From the NCBI GenBank assembly GCA_902384585.1, contig CABMCJ010000004.1, positions 322,086 to 386,085 on the forward strand: a DNA stretch of 64,000 nt, read 5' to 3'. Both the position numbers and the translations under genes were made by a program. The notes under the pieces were generated by a model, which worked only from the letters and a program-made list of their open reading frames with translations, did no database searches and was not told the origin of the DNA. This document shows positions 52,881 to 62,855 of this stretch, piece after piece. This stretch comes from Candidatus Anstonella stagnisolia. Its GTDB lineage: Archaea > Micrarchaeota > Micrarchaeia > Anstonellales > Anstonellaceae. Each line of letters begins with the position of its first letter. Positions within the stretch are counted from its first letter, which is position 1.

Positions 52881-53384
52881 TCAAAGCGGTTTTTGAGCCA
52901 TAATGAAACTGTCAGGTTTTGCTGTCTCGCCCAGCACAGTTGCCATTTGTTCCAGCCCAGATGCCAGTTCCTTTCTTGCTTTTTTGAAGGCATCCGGAGC
53001 TGTCGTCCGGGTTATTTTTGCACTTGCAAGCACCAGGTAAGCGCCTTTAGTTGCAATGTGCATATTTCTTAGCGCTGCTTCCCATGGCGTGTTGAGGCTG
53101 TCTGGGGACTGGGCAAGTATTGACAAACGGGTCGAATTGATGTTCTCACACAGTTCGTTAAGTGCTGATACAAACGATGCTGCATCTGCGCGTGCGAGCT
53201 TTTTTCCGCCTACCAATGGGTATTTATTTGTGGAGGCAGAGGCAAGCTGACTAAGGAGGGAGGTAAATACGTGATTATGGTCCATGAATTTATCCATGCC
53301 CCTAGTTTGAGAAGATGAAAGTACATTAGACTTAACCTGCCTGTCTCCCTGAACAAGTAAAGTATTCGATGACATTGAAAGCAC
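52881..53384 (-). CDS. hypothetical protein
   Basis: 167-aa ORF. No motif recognised. Confidence 0.42.
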   Translation of the reverse strand: MLSMSSNTLLVQGDRQVKSNVLSSSQTRGMDKFMDHNHVFTSLLSQLASASTNKYPLVGGKKLARADAASFVSALNELCENINSTRLSILAQSPDSLNTPWEAALRNMHIATKGAYLVLASAKITRTTAPDAFKKARKELASGLEQMATVLGETAKPDSFIMAQKPL

Positions 53385-53449
53385 CTCTAGTTATAGTTAG
53401 TGTACAAACGTTTTATAAAGCCTTATGCTCGAGGATGGGAAGATATGTC

Positions 53450-54352
53450 TTATTTTGCATTTGCAAGCGCATCCCGCACGGGGTTTGCAAGCTCGTCGTA
53501 GGTTGCAGGCGCAACAAGGGGCTTGCCGTTCACAAAGAAAGTGGGCGTGCCGTATATGTTGGAGGAGTGCCCCTCTGCAGCCTGGGCATCAAGCTCTGCC
53601 TTGTGGGTCGCGTTTATGAAGCAGGAGGAGAAGTGCTGCAAATTAAGCGAGGATGCTATTGAGTAGAACGTAACGTTGCCGTTTGCGCGGAATTCGTCCT
53701 GCCTTTCAAAGAGAGCCGCACGGTATTCCCAGTATTTGCCCTCGTCATTCGCGCACATTGCAGCGAGTGCGGCATTGTAGGAATTGTTGTGCGTTGGAAG
53801 CGGGAAGTGCTTGTATACGTACAGGATGCTGCTGTTGAAATCGGAAAGGAGCTTTTGAACGTTTGGCTCTGCCTCTTTTGTATAGGGGCAGGAATAGCAG
53901 CCGAATTCAACTACTGTTACTTTTGCGCCGCTGCTGCCTTTTTGTATGCCTGCAAGCGTGGTGGGTGAGATGAGCTGGGAGGGGTTGCTTGCGCCTGAGC
54001 CGAATATGTCCTTGTATATGCAGAAGCCCGTGGAATTCGGGCCGTTGCAGTCACCGTAGTAAAGGTAATTCACAATTCCAAGGAGGGTGAATGCAATGCT
54101 TGCGAACATGAGAAGCGTGAATGCCCAGGAGATTGCCTCCCAGTGGGTGTTGAGGATTTTCGCTGCGCCTGCGTGCTTGGAAAGCACTGCCGCAACTGTT
54201 TTGCTTTTCACTTCCTCCTCAAGAGTTGTATTGCAGGGGCGGAGAGTGAGGCGGCGGAACGTGCAGTCAAAAGCCTGCTTTGCGAACGGGCGGTATTTCG
54301 CGCTGAAAATAGAGAGCACGCCGAATACGAAAAGTGCAATGAAACAAATCAT
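53450..54352 (-). CDS. membrane-anchored DsbA/thioredoxin-fold thiol-disulfide oxidoreductase
   Basis: N-terminal TM segments, then a thioredoxin-like domain with the CxxC motif VVEFGCYSCPYTKE and the DsbA-like tail GTPTFFVNG. Confidence 0.75.
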   Translation of the reverse strand: MICFIALFVFGVLSIFSAKYRPFAKQAFDCTFRRLTLRPCNTTLEEEVKSKTVAAVLSKHAGAAKILNTHWEAISWAFTLLMFASIAFTLLGIVNYLYYGDCNGPNSTGFCIYKDIFGSGASNPSQLISPTTLAGIQKGSSGAKVTVVEFGCYSCPYTKEAEPNVQKLLSDFNSSILYVYKHFPLPTHNNSYNAALAAMCANDEGKYWEYRAALFERQDEFRANGNVTFYSIASSLNLQHFSSCFINATHKAELDAQAAEGHSSNIYGTPTFFVNGKPLVAPATYDELANPVRDALANAK

Positions 54353-54377
54353 ATTAGACGCCTCTTAAGCTGGAAAA

Positions 54378-55481
54378 TTACCAACCTCGAACATCCATTG
54401 CCTCGCGCACGCGCTCCTTTGCGATTTTGAGAGCCGCATCCCGTGTGTTAAGGTCTTTTGTGTGCGAGAGCACAAGCGATGTGTTCGCGGTTACCTTGTC
54501 TTTCACGATTGTGAACATTTGCGAAGGCGTTGCGCCTATGTGCTCGCAGTAGGAGGAAATCACGCCGCCTGCGTTTGCAACAAAGTCGGGAATTACGAGA
54601 ACGCCCCTCTTTGCAAGCTGCCTTTCCATGTCATGCGTCATGGGGATGTTTGCAGCCTCTATTACGACCTTTGCCTTTATGGAAGAGACGTTTTGCGCCG
54701 TAATAACGTTGGGGCGCGCGCCTGGGATAAGGATGTCTGCCTGCGTTGTGAAAAGGTCTGCTGCAGGGAGCACTTTTGCGCCAGGGTATGCGGTTATTGT
54801 TCCCTTGGAGGATTTTGTTTCCATTGCTTTGTTGTAGTCCATTCCGCCTGCAACGTATGCGGTTCCCTTGGAGTCTGAAATCGCAACAACTTTTGCGCCC
54901 ATCTCTTCAAGGTGCTTCATTGCGAACGTGCCCACGTTCCCAAATCCCTCAAGCGCTACTGTTGCGCCGGAAATGGAAATCTTTGCGTGCTCAAGCGCGA
55001 CCTTTGTGCTCAGTGCAACTCCAAAGCCGGTTGAGCCAAGCTCGTGCGGCAAGCCCCCTATTACAGAGGGTTTTCCTGTGGAAGCCTTGAGGTCGCCTAT
55101 TTCGTCCGCAAACGCTGCCATCTCTTTCTCTGTTGTGTTCATGTCGGGCCCTGCGATATATACGGAAGGCACAAGCTGTGAAACTTTGCTTGCGAATGCG
55201 CGCATAACCGCGATTTTATTGCAGGTTTTCGGGTCTGCCTTTATGCCCGCCTTTGCGCCGCCAAAGGGGATGTCTGCGAGGGCGTTCTTCCAGGTCATTG
55301 CCTGCGCAAGACCCATCACTTCCTCTGTTGTGATGTCTGGGACGAGGCGGATTCCGCCCTTTCCGGGGCCGCGGGCGGTGTTGTGCACCACGAGCACGCC
55401 GTGCATTTTTGTTTTTGGGTCGTAAACCTCAAGTATGCGCTCTGGCCCGTATTCGTCATGGTTAGTTTGCATTTTATCCAC
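54378..55481 (-). CDS. Glu/Leu/Phe/Val dehydrogenase family amino-acid dehydrogenase
   Basis: GGIRLVPD...MTWKNALADIPFGGAKAGI (catalytic Lys region) and the Rossmann motif LEGFGNVG. 367 aa. Confidence 0.88.
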   Translation of the reverse strand: MDKMQTNHDEYGPERILEVYDPKTKMHGVLVVHNTARGPGKGGIRLVPDITTEEVMGLAQAMTWKNALADIPFGGAKAGIKADPKTCNKIAVMRAFASKVSQLVPSVYIAGPDMNTTEKEMAAFADEIGDLKASTGKPSVIGGLPHELGSTGFGVALSTKVALEHAKISISGATVALEGFGNVGTFAMKHLEEMGAKVVAISDSKGTAYVAGGMDYNKAMETKSSKGTITAYPGAKVLPAADLFTTQADILIPGARPNVITAQNVSSIKAKVVIEAANIPMTHDMERQLAKRGVLVIPDFVANAGGVISSYCEHIGATPSQMFTIVKDKVTANTSLVLSHTKDLNTRDAALKIAKERVREAMDVRGW

Positions 55482-55594
55482 CTTTGTTATTCGTATTCTT
55501 GCTGTCCCTAGAATAAGGAGTAGCGCAAGCTATACTGCAAAAAAGTATTTATATCTTGGCTAAAACGAAACCAAAAAAGATAAAAGAAAAATAT

Positions 55595-56614
55595 CTAGCT
55601 GCCCCTGCAGCGGTTTGTCTCTATGTCGCACGTTGAGCCAGGGCAGTCGGAATTGCCTGTGCACGCAAGCGTGATGCAGCGGTAGAGGGTTGGCGAATTC
55701 TGCCTCAGGTCGCAGCGCTCGTTGTACTTGCAGTTCTGGTTGCTTGTGCAGAAGCCTACGCGGGTCTCGCATGCGTGGTTCTTGCTGCACGTCTGCCACT
55801 GCCCGCACTCCGTGTCGTCCGAGCATGAGCCCGGGCGGGAGATGCACCTTTGCTTGGATGGGTCGCATATCTGCCATGGTTGGCAGTCGCCAAGGGAATT
55901 GCACAGGTCGCGCTTTGCCTGGCATTTGTGCGCAGTGTAATTGCAAAGCTGCCAGCTTGAGCAGTCCTCTTCCTTTGCGCAAAAGCCCGAGCCGGTTATG
56001 CAGCGGTGGAGCTCTGAAGAGCACACCTGCCAGCGCGAGCAGTCAAGGTCGTTGTTGCAGAAATCAGGGCGAAGCGCGCAAACGTGCGAAGATGTGTTGC
56101 ACGTCTGCCAGCCCCGGCAGTCAATGTCAAGTGCGCACTTGCCATCCAGCGGGTAGCACGTGCGGCTTGTCACGTTGCACTGCTGCCAGCTGTCGCAGTC
56201 AAATTGCGTGTAGCAGCTTCCGGGCTTTGGCACGCACGTGTGCTTTGACTGGCTGCACACCTCAAATGAGGAGGGGCACATTGAATCGGAATCGCAGAAG
56301 CCCGCCTTCGGGCGGCACGTGTTTGCTGAAACCTGGCAGGACTGCCAGCTTTCGCAGTCTGGGTTTGCGCGGCACTTGTTGAACTGGAACGTGCACATGC
56401 TTGTTTTTGAGTCGCAGAACTTGAGGGTGTCGTTGCATGCGGCGTCGTTGGTGCAGTAGCCCTCGCGTGGCACGCACTGCTTTTTCGCAACGTCGCAGAA
56501 TTGGTAGGACTTGCAGTTCTTGTCAGATGTGCAGCTTGTGGTTGAAGTGCATCCGAAGAGCACCATAAAGCCTGCGATAAAAAGCATCCCGAGCGCGAAA
56601 AGTTTCCAATTCAT
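55595..56614 (-). CDS. lipoprotein-like Cys-rich tandem-repeat protein
   Basis: Start set at MNWKLFALGMLFIAGFMVLFGC. About 12 repeats of roughly 25 aa of the form C-x(3-5)-DC-xx-WQ-x-C-x(6-7)-C. Confidence 0.7.
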   Translation of the reverse strand: MNWKLFALGMLFIAGFMVLFGCTSTTSCTSDKNCKSYQFCDVAKKQCVPREGYCTNDAACNDTLKFCDSKTSMCTFQFNKCRANPDCESWQSCQVSANTCRPKAGFCDSDSMCPSSFEVCSQSKHTCVPKPGSCYTQFDCDSWQQCNVTSRTCYPLDGKCALDIDCRGWQTCNTSSHVCALRPDFCNNDLDCSRWQVCSSELHRCITGSGFCAKEEDCSSWQLCNYTAHKCQAKRDLCNSLGDCQPWQICDPSKQRCISRPGSCSDDTECGQWQTCSKNHACETRVGFCTSNQNCKYNERCDLRQNSPTLYRCITLACTGNSDCPGSTCDIETNRCRGS

Positions 56615-56672
56615 AGTACCACGTTGTTTTCCAATTTGCCTATATATATTAATATTGATTTCGCTGCTGCGG

Positions 56673-57452
56673 CTAGAGCAGGGTTGAAAGGGAAGAGGAT
56701 GCGACAGCGCAAAAGAGCGCAAGCATCACGAGCGTGAAGAGCAGGAGCGCAACCTGCAAAAGCGAGATTGCCTGCGAGATTTTCCCCTTTGAGTCCGACA
56801 GGTTTTCCTTTATTGTGCCGATGTCGGCTGAGAGGGCGCGTGCGCTTGCACTAACGCCTGCGAGCGAGGCGCCTGAGGAGCCTATGCCAGATGCCGCCGT
56901 GGAGAAAGAGGCGGATGCGTCGCGAAGCTTCTTTGCGGAATCCGTGAAGGAGGCGGACGAGCCGCTTATTGCGGAGAGCGCGCCAAGGGAGGAAGAAAGG
57001 GACTGCAGGGAATCCGCTGTTTGCGAGGAAAAAGAAGCGTAGCTGGAAAGCGCAAAGGAAACGTTGGAGGCTGCGGGCGCAGCCGTGTCAAGCGCGTCCG
57101 CCGCGTACGAGGTGCCGCTTTGCAGGTCCCCCACCGCGACTATTATGCCGTCAATCTGCGCAGAGCTTGTCTGCTGCGCAATCGAGAGCACGGAATTCAT
57201 TGTCAAAAATGCCGCGAGCGTTATCAGCATGCCCGCAACGCTTAGGAGTATTGCTATTACTGAGAGGGCAAGCCTGCCTGCTTTGCGCAAGTTCTGCGGA
57301 ATCTGGGGAAGCTGCAAATCAGGGCCGGATGCACCCCTTGTGCCTGAATCCGCGGATTGGGCGCCTGCCTTTTGGGCAGGGGTTGCAAATTGCTGCCCGC
57401 TTGCCTGCTTTTTTGCATTTGAGTTTTCCGAATCCTTGTCCATCCGAATCAC
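56673..57452 (-). CDS. Ser/Ala-rich membrane protein
   Basis: 259 aa with TM helices near both ends and a low-complexity S/A-rich middle. Confidence 0.5.
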   Translation of the reverse strand: MIRMDKDSENSNAKKQASGQQFATPAQKAGAQSADSGTRGASGPDLQLPQIPQNLRKAGRLALSVIAILLSVAGMLITLAAFLTMNSVLSIAQQTSSAQIDGIIVAVGDLQSGTSYAADALDTAAPAASNVSFALSSYASFSSQTADSLQSLSSSLGALSAISGSSASFTDSAKKLRDASASFSTAASGIGSSGASLAGVSASARALSADIGTIKENLSDSKGKISQAISLLQVALLLFTLVMLALFCAVASSSLSTLL

Positions 57453-57488
57453 ACTATGAGTTCATGCTGGCTGAAAGCCCAAAACTCC

Positions 57489-59423
57489 CTAAAGCCCCTT
57501 GTGCCTTCTCTTGTGAAGGTACCAGACAACTATGCCTGCAACAAGAAGCACAATTATGGCGAGCCCGCCCACTGCGATTGCGATGTAGCTCAGGGTGCGG
57601 GCATTGCTTGCCTCGCGCGTTGCGGAATCAACAGCCTCTATTGCAAGCGAGCTTGCCTTGTCTGGGTCAGTGGGTGCAGCGTCAGATGCCTGCGAAAGCA
57701 GGGTGCGCGCCGGCTGCGTGTTGGGGTAGAAGATGAGCTTCTCGCCCTCAATCTTCTGCACCTGCGCCTGCGAGCGGTTTATTGCGTCAAATGCGACGGA
57801 TGCCGCGGATATTTTCTGCTCAAGGCCGGCTGAAAGGCTTGCAAGCTGCGTTGACACCTGCTCAAGTGCCGCATCCGCATCCGCAAAGCTTGAGCTTTGG
57901 GCCTGCGACCTTGCAAGGTCAAGGAGCGAGGATATTTGGGAGGAGTCAAGGGGCTGCCTGTTCGCAGCAGCCTTTGCAGAAAGCTCGGTGAGGGAAGCGC
58001 GCTTTGCGGCTATGCGGGAATAGTATTCCTGCTGCTGCGCGCTGGCTGCGTTGTTTTGCTCCGCAGCCACTGCCCCGCCTGCTGCTGAAACGAACGAGCT
58101 TGAGAGCGAAGGGAGCTGGAGCGCAACGTCCGCGGCATTTTGGAAATCCCCTATTGAGATTGAGGTCTCGACCTGCGAAACCTTTGAAGCAAGCGCCGTG
58201 CGGTTTGGCGCAAGGGATTCCGGAGTGGAGCTTTCGGTGTATTGCGCGAGCGCACCGGTTGCGTTTGCCTCAAGCTTGCGCAGGCTTATTGTGACCTGCT
58301 GCGAAAGCGTTGGGTACTGGGTGTCGGCTGCCTGCTTTGCCGAGCGCGCCTGGTCTGATGCGTCCGAATACTGGAAATTCGAATATGATGCTGATGCGCT
58401 TTCAAGCAGCGGGGCTGCGGTATTTTGCACCCCGATGCCAAGCGTTGCTGCAACGGAAATCAGGGACTGCAGTTTTGCAACTGACGCGTTTGCGTCGCTT
58501 ATCTGCGCAAGCACGGTCTGGTTGCCTTCGGGCCGGGTTATGCCGTAAACTTTCACGACTGAATTGCCAGTGTCCGCAACGTAGAGCATCCCGTTTGCGA
58601 TGGCAAGGTCGGTCGGATTATTCAATGCGCCGCCATCTGATGCAGAGAACGTTTCAAGGGGGTAGCCGTCAAGTGAGAACACCGCTATGCGGTTGTTTGA
58701 GCTGTCGGAAACGTAAAGCAGGCTGTTGTCAACGTACAAGCCCTTGGGGTGCCAAAGCTGCACGCCTCCCTTGCCAATGCCTATGCTTTGCAGGAACGTG
58801 AAGTTGGAATCGAACACCGCGACTCTGTTGTTGTCCGTGTCCGCCACATAGAACCTCCCGTTGTAAAGCGCAAGGTCGCTGGGGTTCGAAAGCGCGTCGT
58901 TGCCGCCTCCTGCGAAAGTCCAGTAATTCAGGGTGACGCCGCGCGACTTTGACAATTCGGATATTTTCGAGGAATGCATGTCAAGCACGAAAATCGAGTC
59001 GCCTGAAAACACAAGCGAGGTTGGGCTTGGGAATTCGTTCAGCTTGCCCAGGTTCTCAAACTGCGAGGATGAGAGGGCGATGCGCACGTTTGAGCCGCGG
59101 AAATCAGCCACGTATGTTTTTCCTGATGCCTCGTCATAGCGTATGCCCCTTGGGCCGTCAAGCAGGCCGCTTCCGCCCGAGCGCGTCACCACGGTGTTGT
59201 TTGAGAGCACGTAAATGAACTTGTTGGATTCGTCGGCAACGTAGAGGTAGCCGTTGTAATAGTCAAGCCCCGTGGGCTCCGTGAAATTGTTTGAATACGC
59301 CGTGCCTGTCGGCCCCATGCCGTCCAGGGTCTGCACGTACGTGAAAGTTGCAAACGTGCATGCGAAAAGGGACAACAATGCGAATAATGCAAATAACTGC
59401 CTTGCCATAAATACACCCCGCAA
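57489..59423 (-). CDS. NHL-repeat beta-propeller surface protein with a C-terminal membrane anchor
   Basis: Signal peptide. Repeated LYVAD..NN(R/F)I.V(F/L) units (YVADESNKFIYV, FYVADTDNNRVAVF, LYVSDSSNNRIAVF, LYVADTGNSVVKVY). An Ala/Ser/Gln-rich stalk, then a TM helix plus a KRRHKG tail. Confidence 0.8.
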   Translation of the reverse strand: MRGVFMARQLFALFALLSLFACTFATFTYVQTLDGMGPTGTAYSNNFTEPTGLDYYNGYLYVADESNKFIYVLSNNTVVTRSGGSGLLDGPRGIRYDEASGKTYVADFRGSNVRIALSSSQFENLGKLNEFPSPTSLVFSGDSIFVLDMHSSKISELSKSRGVTLNYWTFAGGGNDALSNPSDLALYNGRFYVADTDNNRVAVFDSNFTFLQSIGIGKGGVQLWHPKGLYVDNSLLYVSDSSNNRIAVFSLDGYPLETFSASDGGALNNPTDLAIANGMLYVADTGNSVVKVYGITRPEGNQTVLAQISDANASVAKLQSLISVAATLGIGVQNTAAPLLESASASYSNFQYSDASDQARSAKQAADTQYPTLSQQVTISLRKLEANATGALAQYTESSTPESLAPNRTALASKVSQVETSISIGDFQNAADVALQLPSLSSSFVSAAGGAVAAEQNNAASAQQQEYYSRIAAKRASLTELSAKAAANRQPLDSSQISSLLDLARSQAQSSSFADADAALEQVSTQLASLSAGLEQKISAASVAFDAINRSQAQVQKIEGEKLIFYPNTQPARTLLSQASDAAPTDPDKASSLAIEAVDSATREASNARTLSYIAIAVGGLAIIVLLVAGIVVWYLHKRRHKGL

Positions 59424-59470
59424 TAGAAGGAAATCAGGATAATATAAACGTTAGCTTTTCTTTTTTCCCT

Positions 59471-60319
59471 ATGGGCGTTAGGTTTTTAGATGCAGCCATT
59501 GGAAATGTGCCTATGGGGAAAAAAGCAGTGCTTTTTGACATGGACGGGGTCGTGTTCATAGGGAACACGCCGGTTTTGGGAGTGAGGAAGGCTGTTGAAG
59601 AATTGCGCTCAAAAGGCGTGTGCGTGCTCTTTGTCACGAACAATGCGACAAAGACAAGGGAAATGTTCGTTGAGAAACTGGGGAAGATGGGAATTGGGGC
59701 TGCACGGGACGAGATAATGTGCGCGGCGTTTGGGGTTACTCAATATTTGCGCGGGAAGTATGGGAGGAGGAAGGCAAGGGCGTTTGTGGTCGGGGAGAAG
59801 GGGCTCTTTGAGGAGATAAGGAAAGCCGGCTTTGAAATCGTGAATGGGAAAAATATGGCTTCAGATTTTGTTGTGTGCGGGCTGGACAGGGAATTCACTT
59901 ATTTGAAGGCTGCTGCCGCGCTGTCGCATTTGAAAAACGGGGCTGAACTTTTTGGGGCAAACGCGGATGCGACTTACCCTACTGAGAAAGGGATTATGCC
60001 GGGAAGCGGCTCCATACTTGCGATGCTGGAAAAGGCATCCGGAAAAAAAGCGTTTGTGCTGGGCAAGCCCAATTCTTATTTGCTTGAGGAGCATTTGAAA
60101 CTGCACAATGTGGAAAAAAAGGACGCGGTTTTTGTGGGGGACAGGCTGGACATTGACATTGCGGTTGCGAACAAGTGCGGCATATATTCCGTGCTTGTGC
60201 TGAGCGGGATTGCGAGCGCGCAAGACGCCAAGCGCGCGCCTTTTGAATGGAAGCCAAAAGAAACCATACGCAGCGCTGCGCAAATCGGGAAAGTGCTGGA
60301 AAAATTAGGCTGGATTTAA
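59471..60319 (+). CDS. HAD-superfamily subfamily IIA phosphatase (NagD-like)
   Basis: LFDMDGVVF (motif I), VTNN (motif II region), GKP and VGDRLDIDI (motifs III/IV). Confidence 0.85.
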   Translation: MGVRFLDAAIGNVPMGKKAVLFDMDGVVFIGNTPVLGVRKAVEELRSKGVCVLFVTNNATKTREMFVEKLGKMGIGAARDEIMCAAFGVTQYLRGKYGRRKARAFVVGEKGLFEEIRKAGFEIVNGKNMASDFVVCGLDREFTYLKAAAALSHLKNGAELFGANADATYPTEKGIMPGSGSILAMLEKASGKKAFVLGKPNSYLLEEHLKLHNVEKKDAVFVGDRLDIDIAVANKCGIYSVLVLSGIASAQDAKRAPFEWKPKETIRSAAQIGKVLEKLGWI

Positions 60320-60331
60320 ATTAGGGGGTGA

Positions 60332-60374
60332 AACCTCAGGGGGCGCTTGGGAAATGCTTCGTGCCCCCTAGGTT
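60332..60374. terminator. AACCU-c-A-GGGGGC ... GCCCCC-U-AGGUU hairpin between convergent genes
   Basis: Hand fold with a 5-bp base and a 7-bp G/C core. It shares the AAACCTCA-GGGGGC 5' arm with the hairpin after tRNA-Ile. Confidence 0.4.
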
Positions 60375-60705
60375 AGAACGGGCTCTTGAATATTTCCCGT
60401 ATCGCGGTGTCCACGTTCTCCTCCACCTGCGCGTCGTGTATCGCGTCCTGCGCATTTGCGGAGGATGAGGATGAAGAGGAGGAATTCTCTGAGAGCACCT
60501 GCTGCACATCCTGCGAAGTTTGCGAAGGCTGCGGCAACTGCTGCTGCCCTCCGGAAAGAAGCGAGCTTATTGTGATTTGTATCCCTGCGGAACACGAGGG
60601 GCACTTTGCACAAATCGTGAGGTCTTCCACGGACATGTCCGAAGAGAAATCAAAGGAATTGTTTGCGCCGCATTTGCACGGGACGTATTTTTTTAATGAG
60701 ACCAT
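60373..60705 (-). CDS. hypothetical protein with an N-terminal Cys cluster and a Ser/Gln-rich tail
   Basis: CKCG...CAKCPSC could be a Zn ribbon, followed by low complexity (SSSSSSSS). 110 aa. Confidence 0.45.
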   Translation of the reverse strand: MVSLKKYVPCKCGANNSFDFSSDMSVEDLTICAKCPSCSAGIQITISSLLSGGQQQLPQPSQTSQDVQQVLSENSSSSSSSSANAQDAIHDAQVEENVDTAIREIFKSPF

Positions 60706-60722
60706 TTTTCCACCTCTTAGTT

Positions 60723-62504
60723 TTACTCAACTGTCACGGACTTCGCAAGGTTGCGCGGCTTGTCTGGGTCCTTGTCTAGTTTAATTGCCATATGATATGC
60801 TAGAAGTTGCAGAGGAATTGTGTATGCGATTGCTTCGAATAAAGTAGGGCAATCTGGCATCTTGAATTTTAGATTACATTCTTCGAGAACTGCATCAGAG
60901 TCAGAAATACCTACAATAAACGCTCCTCTCGCATTGCATTCTTTTATGCTTGAGATTATCTTGAAAACGTTGCCTGCATTTTGAGGCGCTATTACAATTA
61001 CGGGAATTCCTTCTTCAAGAAGAGATAATGGACCATGTTTGAGCTCGCCTGCTGCGTATGCTTCTGCATGTAAATAGGTAATTTCCTTGAGTTTGAGGGC
61101 ACCTTCCATTGCTACAGGGTGTGCTGCGCCCCTGCCTATGAAAAAGAAATCTTCGTGCTTCGAAAGTTCTGCTGAAATGTCATTTATTTCCTTGTCTTTT
61201 GATATAACTGCTTCGATAACTGCCGACAAATCCCTGATTTTTTCCTTTATTTCATTTATATTTTCACCTGCGCAGACTGCTGCCAGCATATACAAAATTG
61301 CGACTTGAGAGGTAAAACTCTTTGTAGCTACCACTGAGATTTCTGGACCCGCCCCGGTGTAGATGCACGAATCCGCTTCTCTTGAAAGAGAACTGCCAAT
61401 TACATTGGTTATTCCTATTATGCGAGCTCCTTTTGTTTTTGCAAACCTTACGGCAGAAAGAGTATCTGCTGTTTCTCCAGATTGGCTTATTGCTACAACT
61501 ACAGTGTTCTTATCGACAACTTGCGCCTGCAATGAACCGGGTGGCGTTGAATACTCGGAGCCTATTACTACGTCTGACCTAAATCCATAATTTGCAAGGC
61601 GTAATTTGAAAAGCAATGCCGCATGGTAAGATGTACCACATGCGATTATTGATATGTATTTTGACTTTTTCAACAGTTTTGCTGCAGAAGTAACGTCTGT
61701 TGCGAGCACGTTGCGTATGGAATTCTGCTGCTCTGAAATTTCCTTTATCATGAAGTGCGCGTACCCTTCCTTCTGCGCCATTTGGGGGGTCCAGTCAACG
61801 TGCGTCGGGGCGCGGGAGATTTTTGCGCCGGAGAGGGAATAGATTTCGTACCCTTCTTTTGTAATTTCTGCCGCCTCGTTCTCTTGGAGGAAAACAAAAT
61901 CGCGCGTGTGCGAAAGCACTGCGGGCATGTCGGATGCGAAAAACATTTCATTCTTTCCAACGCCGATTATGAGGGGGGAGCTTTTGCGTGCGCCGTAAAG
62001 CTTTTGCTCGCCCTTGTGCATCACTACAAAGGAGAAGGAGCCCTCTATTTTTTGCAGTGCCGAGAGGAATGCGCCCTTGAAATCTTTTGCTTTTTTTAGT
62101 TCAAGGGAAATGAGGTGCGCCATGAGCTCCGTGTCGGTTTCAGAACGGAACTTGCAGCCTGCTTTTTGGAGCTTTTCGCGAAGCGTTTGGAAATTCTCTA
62201 TTATGCCGTTGTGCACTAGGCAGATTTCGCCGGACTCGTCAGTGTGCGGGTGCGCGTTCATGGAATTCACGCCACCATGCGTTGCCCAGCGCGTGTGACC
62301 CATCCCGATAGTGCCCTCCAGGGAAGAGAAATTGTGCTTTTTTTCTATTTCTGCGAGCTTTCCTACGTCTTTTATTATCTGTATGGAAGAATTCAGCACT
62401 GCTATGCCTGCAGAGTCGTAGCCTCTGTACTCGACGTTTTTGAGCGCCTCAAGAACAACGAGGGAGGCTTTTTTGTTTCCTATGTAACCTACTATGCCGC
62501 ACAT
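60723..62504 (-). CDS. glmS: glutamine--fructose-6-phosphate aminotransferase
   Basis: MCGIVGYIG (N-terminal nucleophile Cys), two SIS domains, and C-terminal ...LAKSVTVE. 593 aa. Confidence 0.95.
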   Translation of the reverse strand: MCGIVGYIGNKKASLVVLEALKNVEYRGYDSAGIAVLNSSIQIIKDVGKLAEIEKKHNFSSLEGTIGMGHTRWATHGGVNSMNAHPHTDESGEICLVHNGIIENFQTLREKLQKAGCKFRSETDTELMAHLISLELKKAKDFKGAFLSALQKIEGSFSFVVMHKGEQKLYGARKSSPLIIGVGKNEMFFASDMPAVLSHTRDFVFLQENEAAEITKEGYEIYSLSGAKISRAPTHVDWTPQMAQKEGYAHFMIKEISEQQNSIRNVLATDVTSAAKLLKKSKYISIIACGTSYHAALLFKLRLANYGFRSDVVIGSEYSTPPGSLQAQVVDKNTVVVAISQSGETADTLSAVRFAKTKGARIIGITNVIGSSLSREADSCIYTGAGPEISVVATKSFTSQVAILYMLAAVCAGENINEIKEKIRDLSAVIEAVISKDKEINDISAELSKHEDFFFIGRGAAHPVAMEGALKLKEITYLHAEAYAAGELKHGPLSLLEEGIPVIVIAPQNAGNVFKIISSIKECNARGAFIVGISDSDAVLEECNLKFKMPDCPTLFEAIAYTIPLQLLAYHMAIKLDKDPDKPRNLAKSVTVE

Positions 62505-62524
62505 AAAAATGCCTTTTTGGAAAA

Positions 62525-62746
62525 TTATACTTTTTCGCCGATTGCAAAGGTGCGTTTTAGGGCAGTTATTTTCACCTTTATTTTTTCGCCCACCCGCGCG
62601 CCCGCAATGAAAATCACGAAGCCCTCGACATGCGCAATGCCGTCCCCTTTTGCGCCCTGCGCGTCTATCGTAACCTCGTACTCCTTGCCTTCCTCAACGG
62701 GCCGATTTATGCCGTCCATGCTCCCACCCCTTATGGGAAAATACAA
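62525..62746 (-). CDS. TRAM-domain protein
   Basis: 73 aa. GKEYEVTIDAQGAKGDGIAHVEGFVIFIAGARVGEKIKVKI is the standard TRAM pattern. Confidence 0.8.
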   Translation of the reverse strand: MYFPIRGGSMDGINRPVEEGKEYEVTIDAQGAKGDGIAHVEGFVIFIAGARVGEKIKVKITALKRTFAIGEKV

Positions 62747-62855
62747 AGGGGAAATTAATAAAATGCACTATTTCGGGACGGGATGGGAGGGATGAAAACA
62801 CACGTGAGAGGACTTGAAATAACTTTAAATATTCTTTGTGAGATAGCATAACAAA

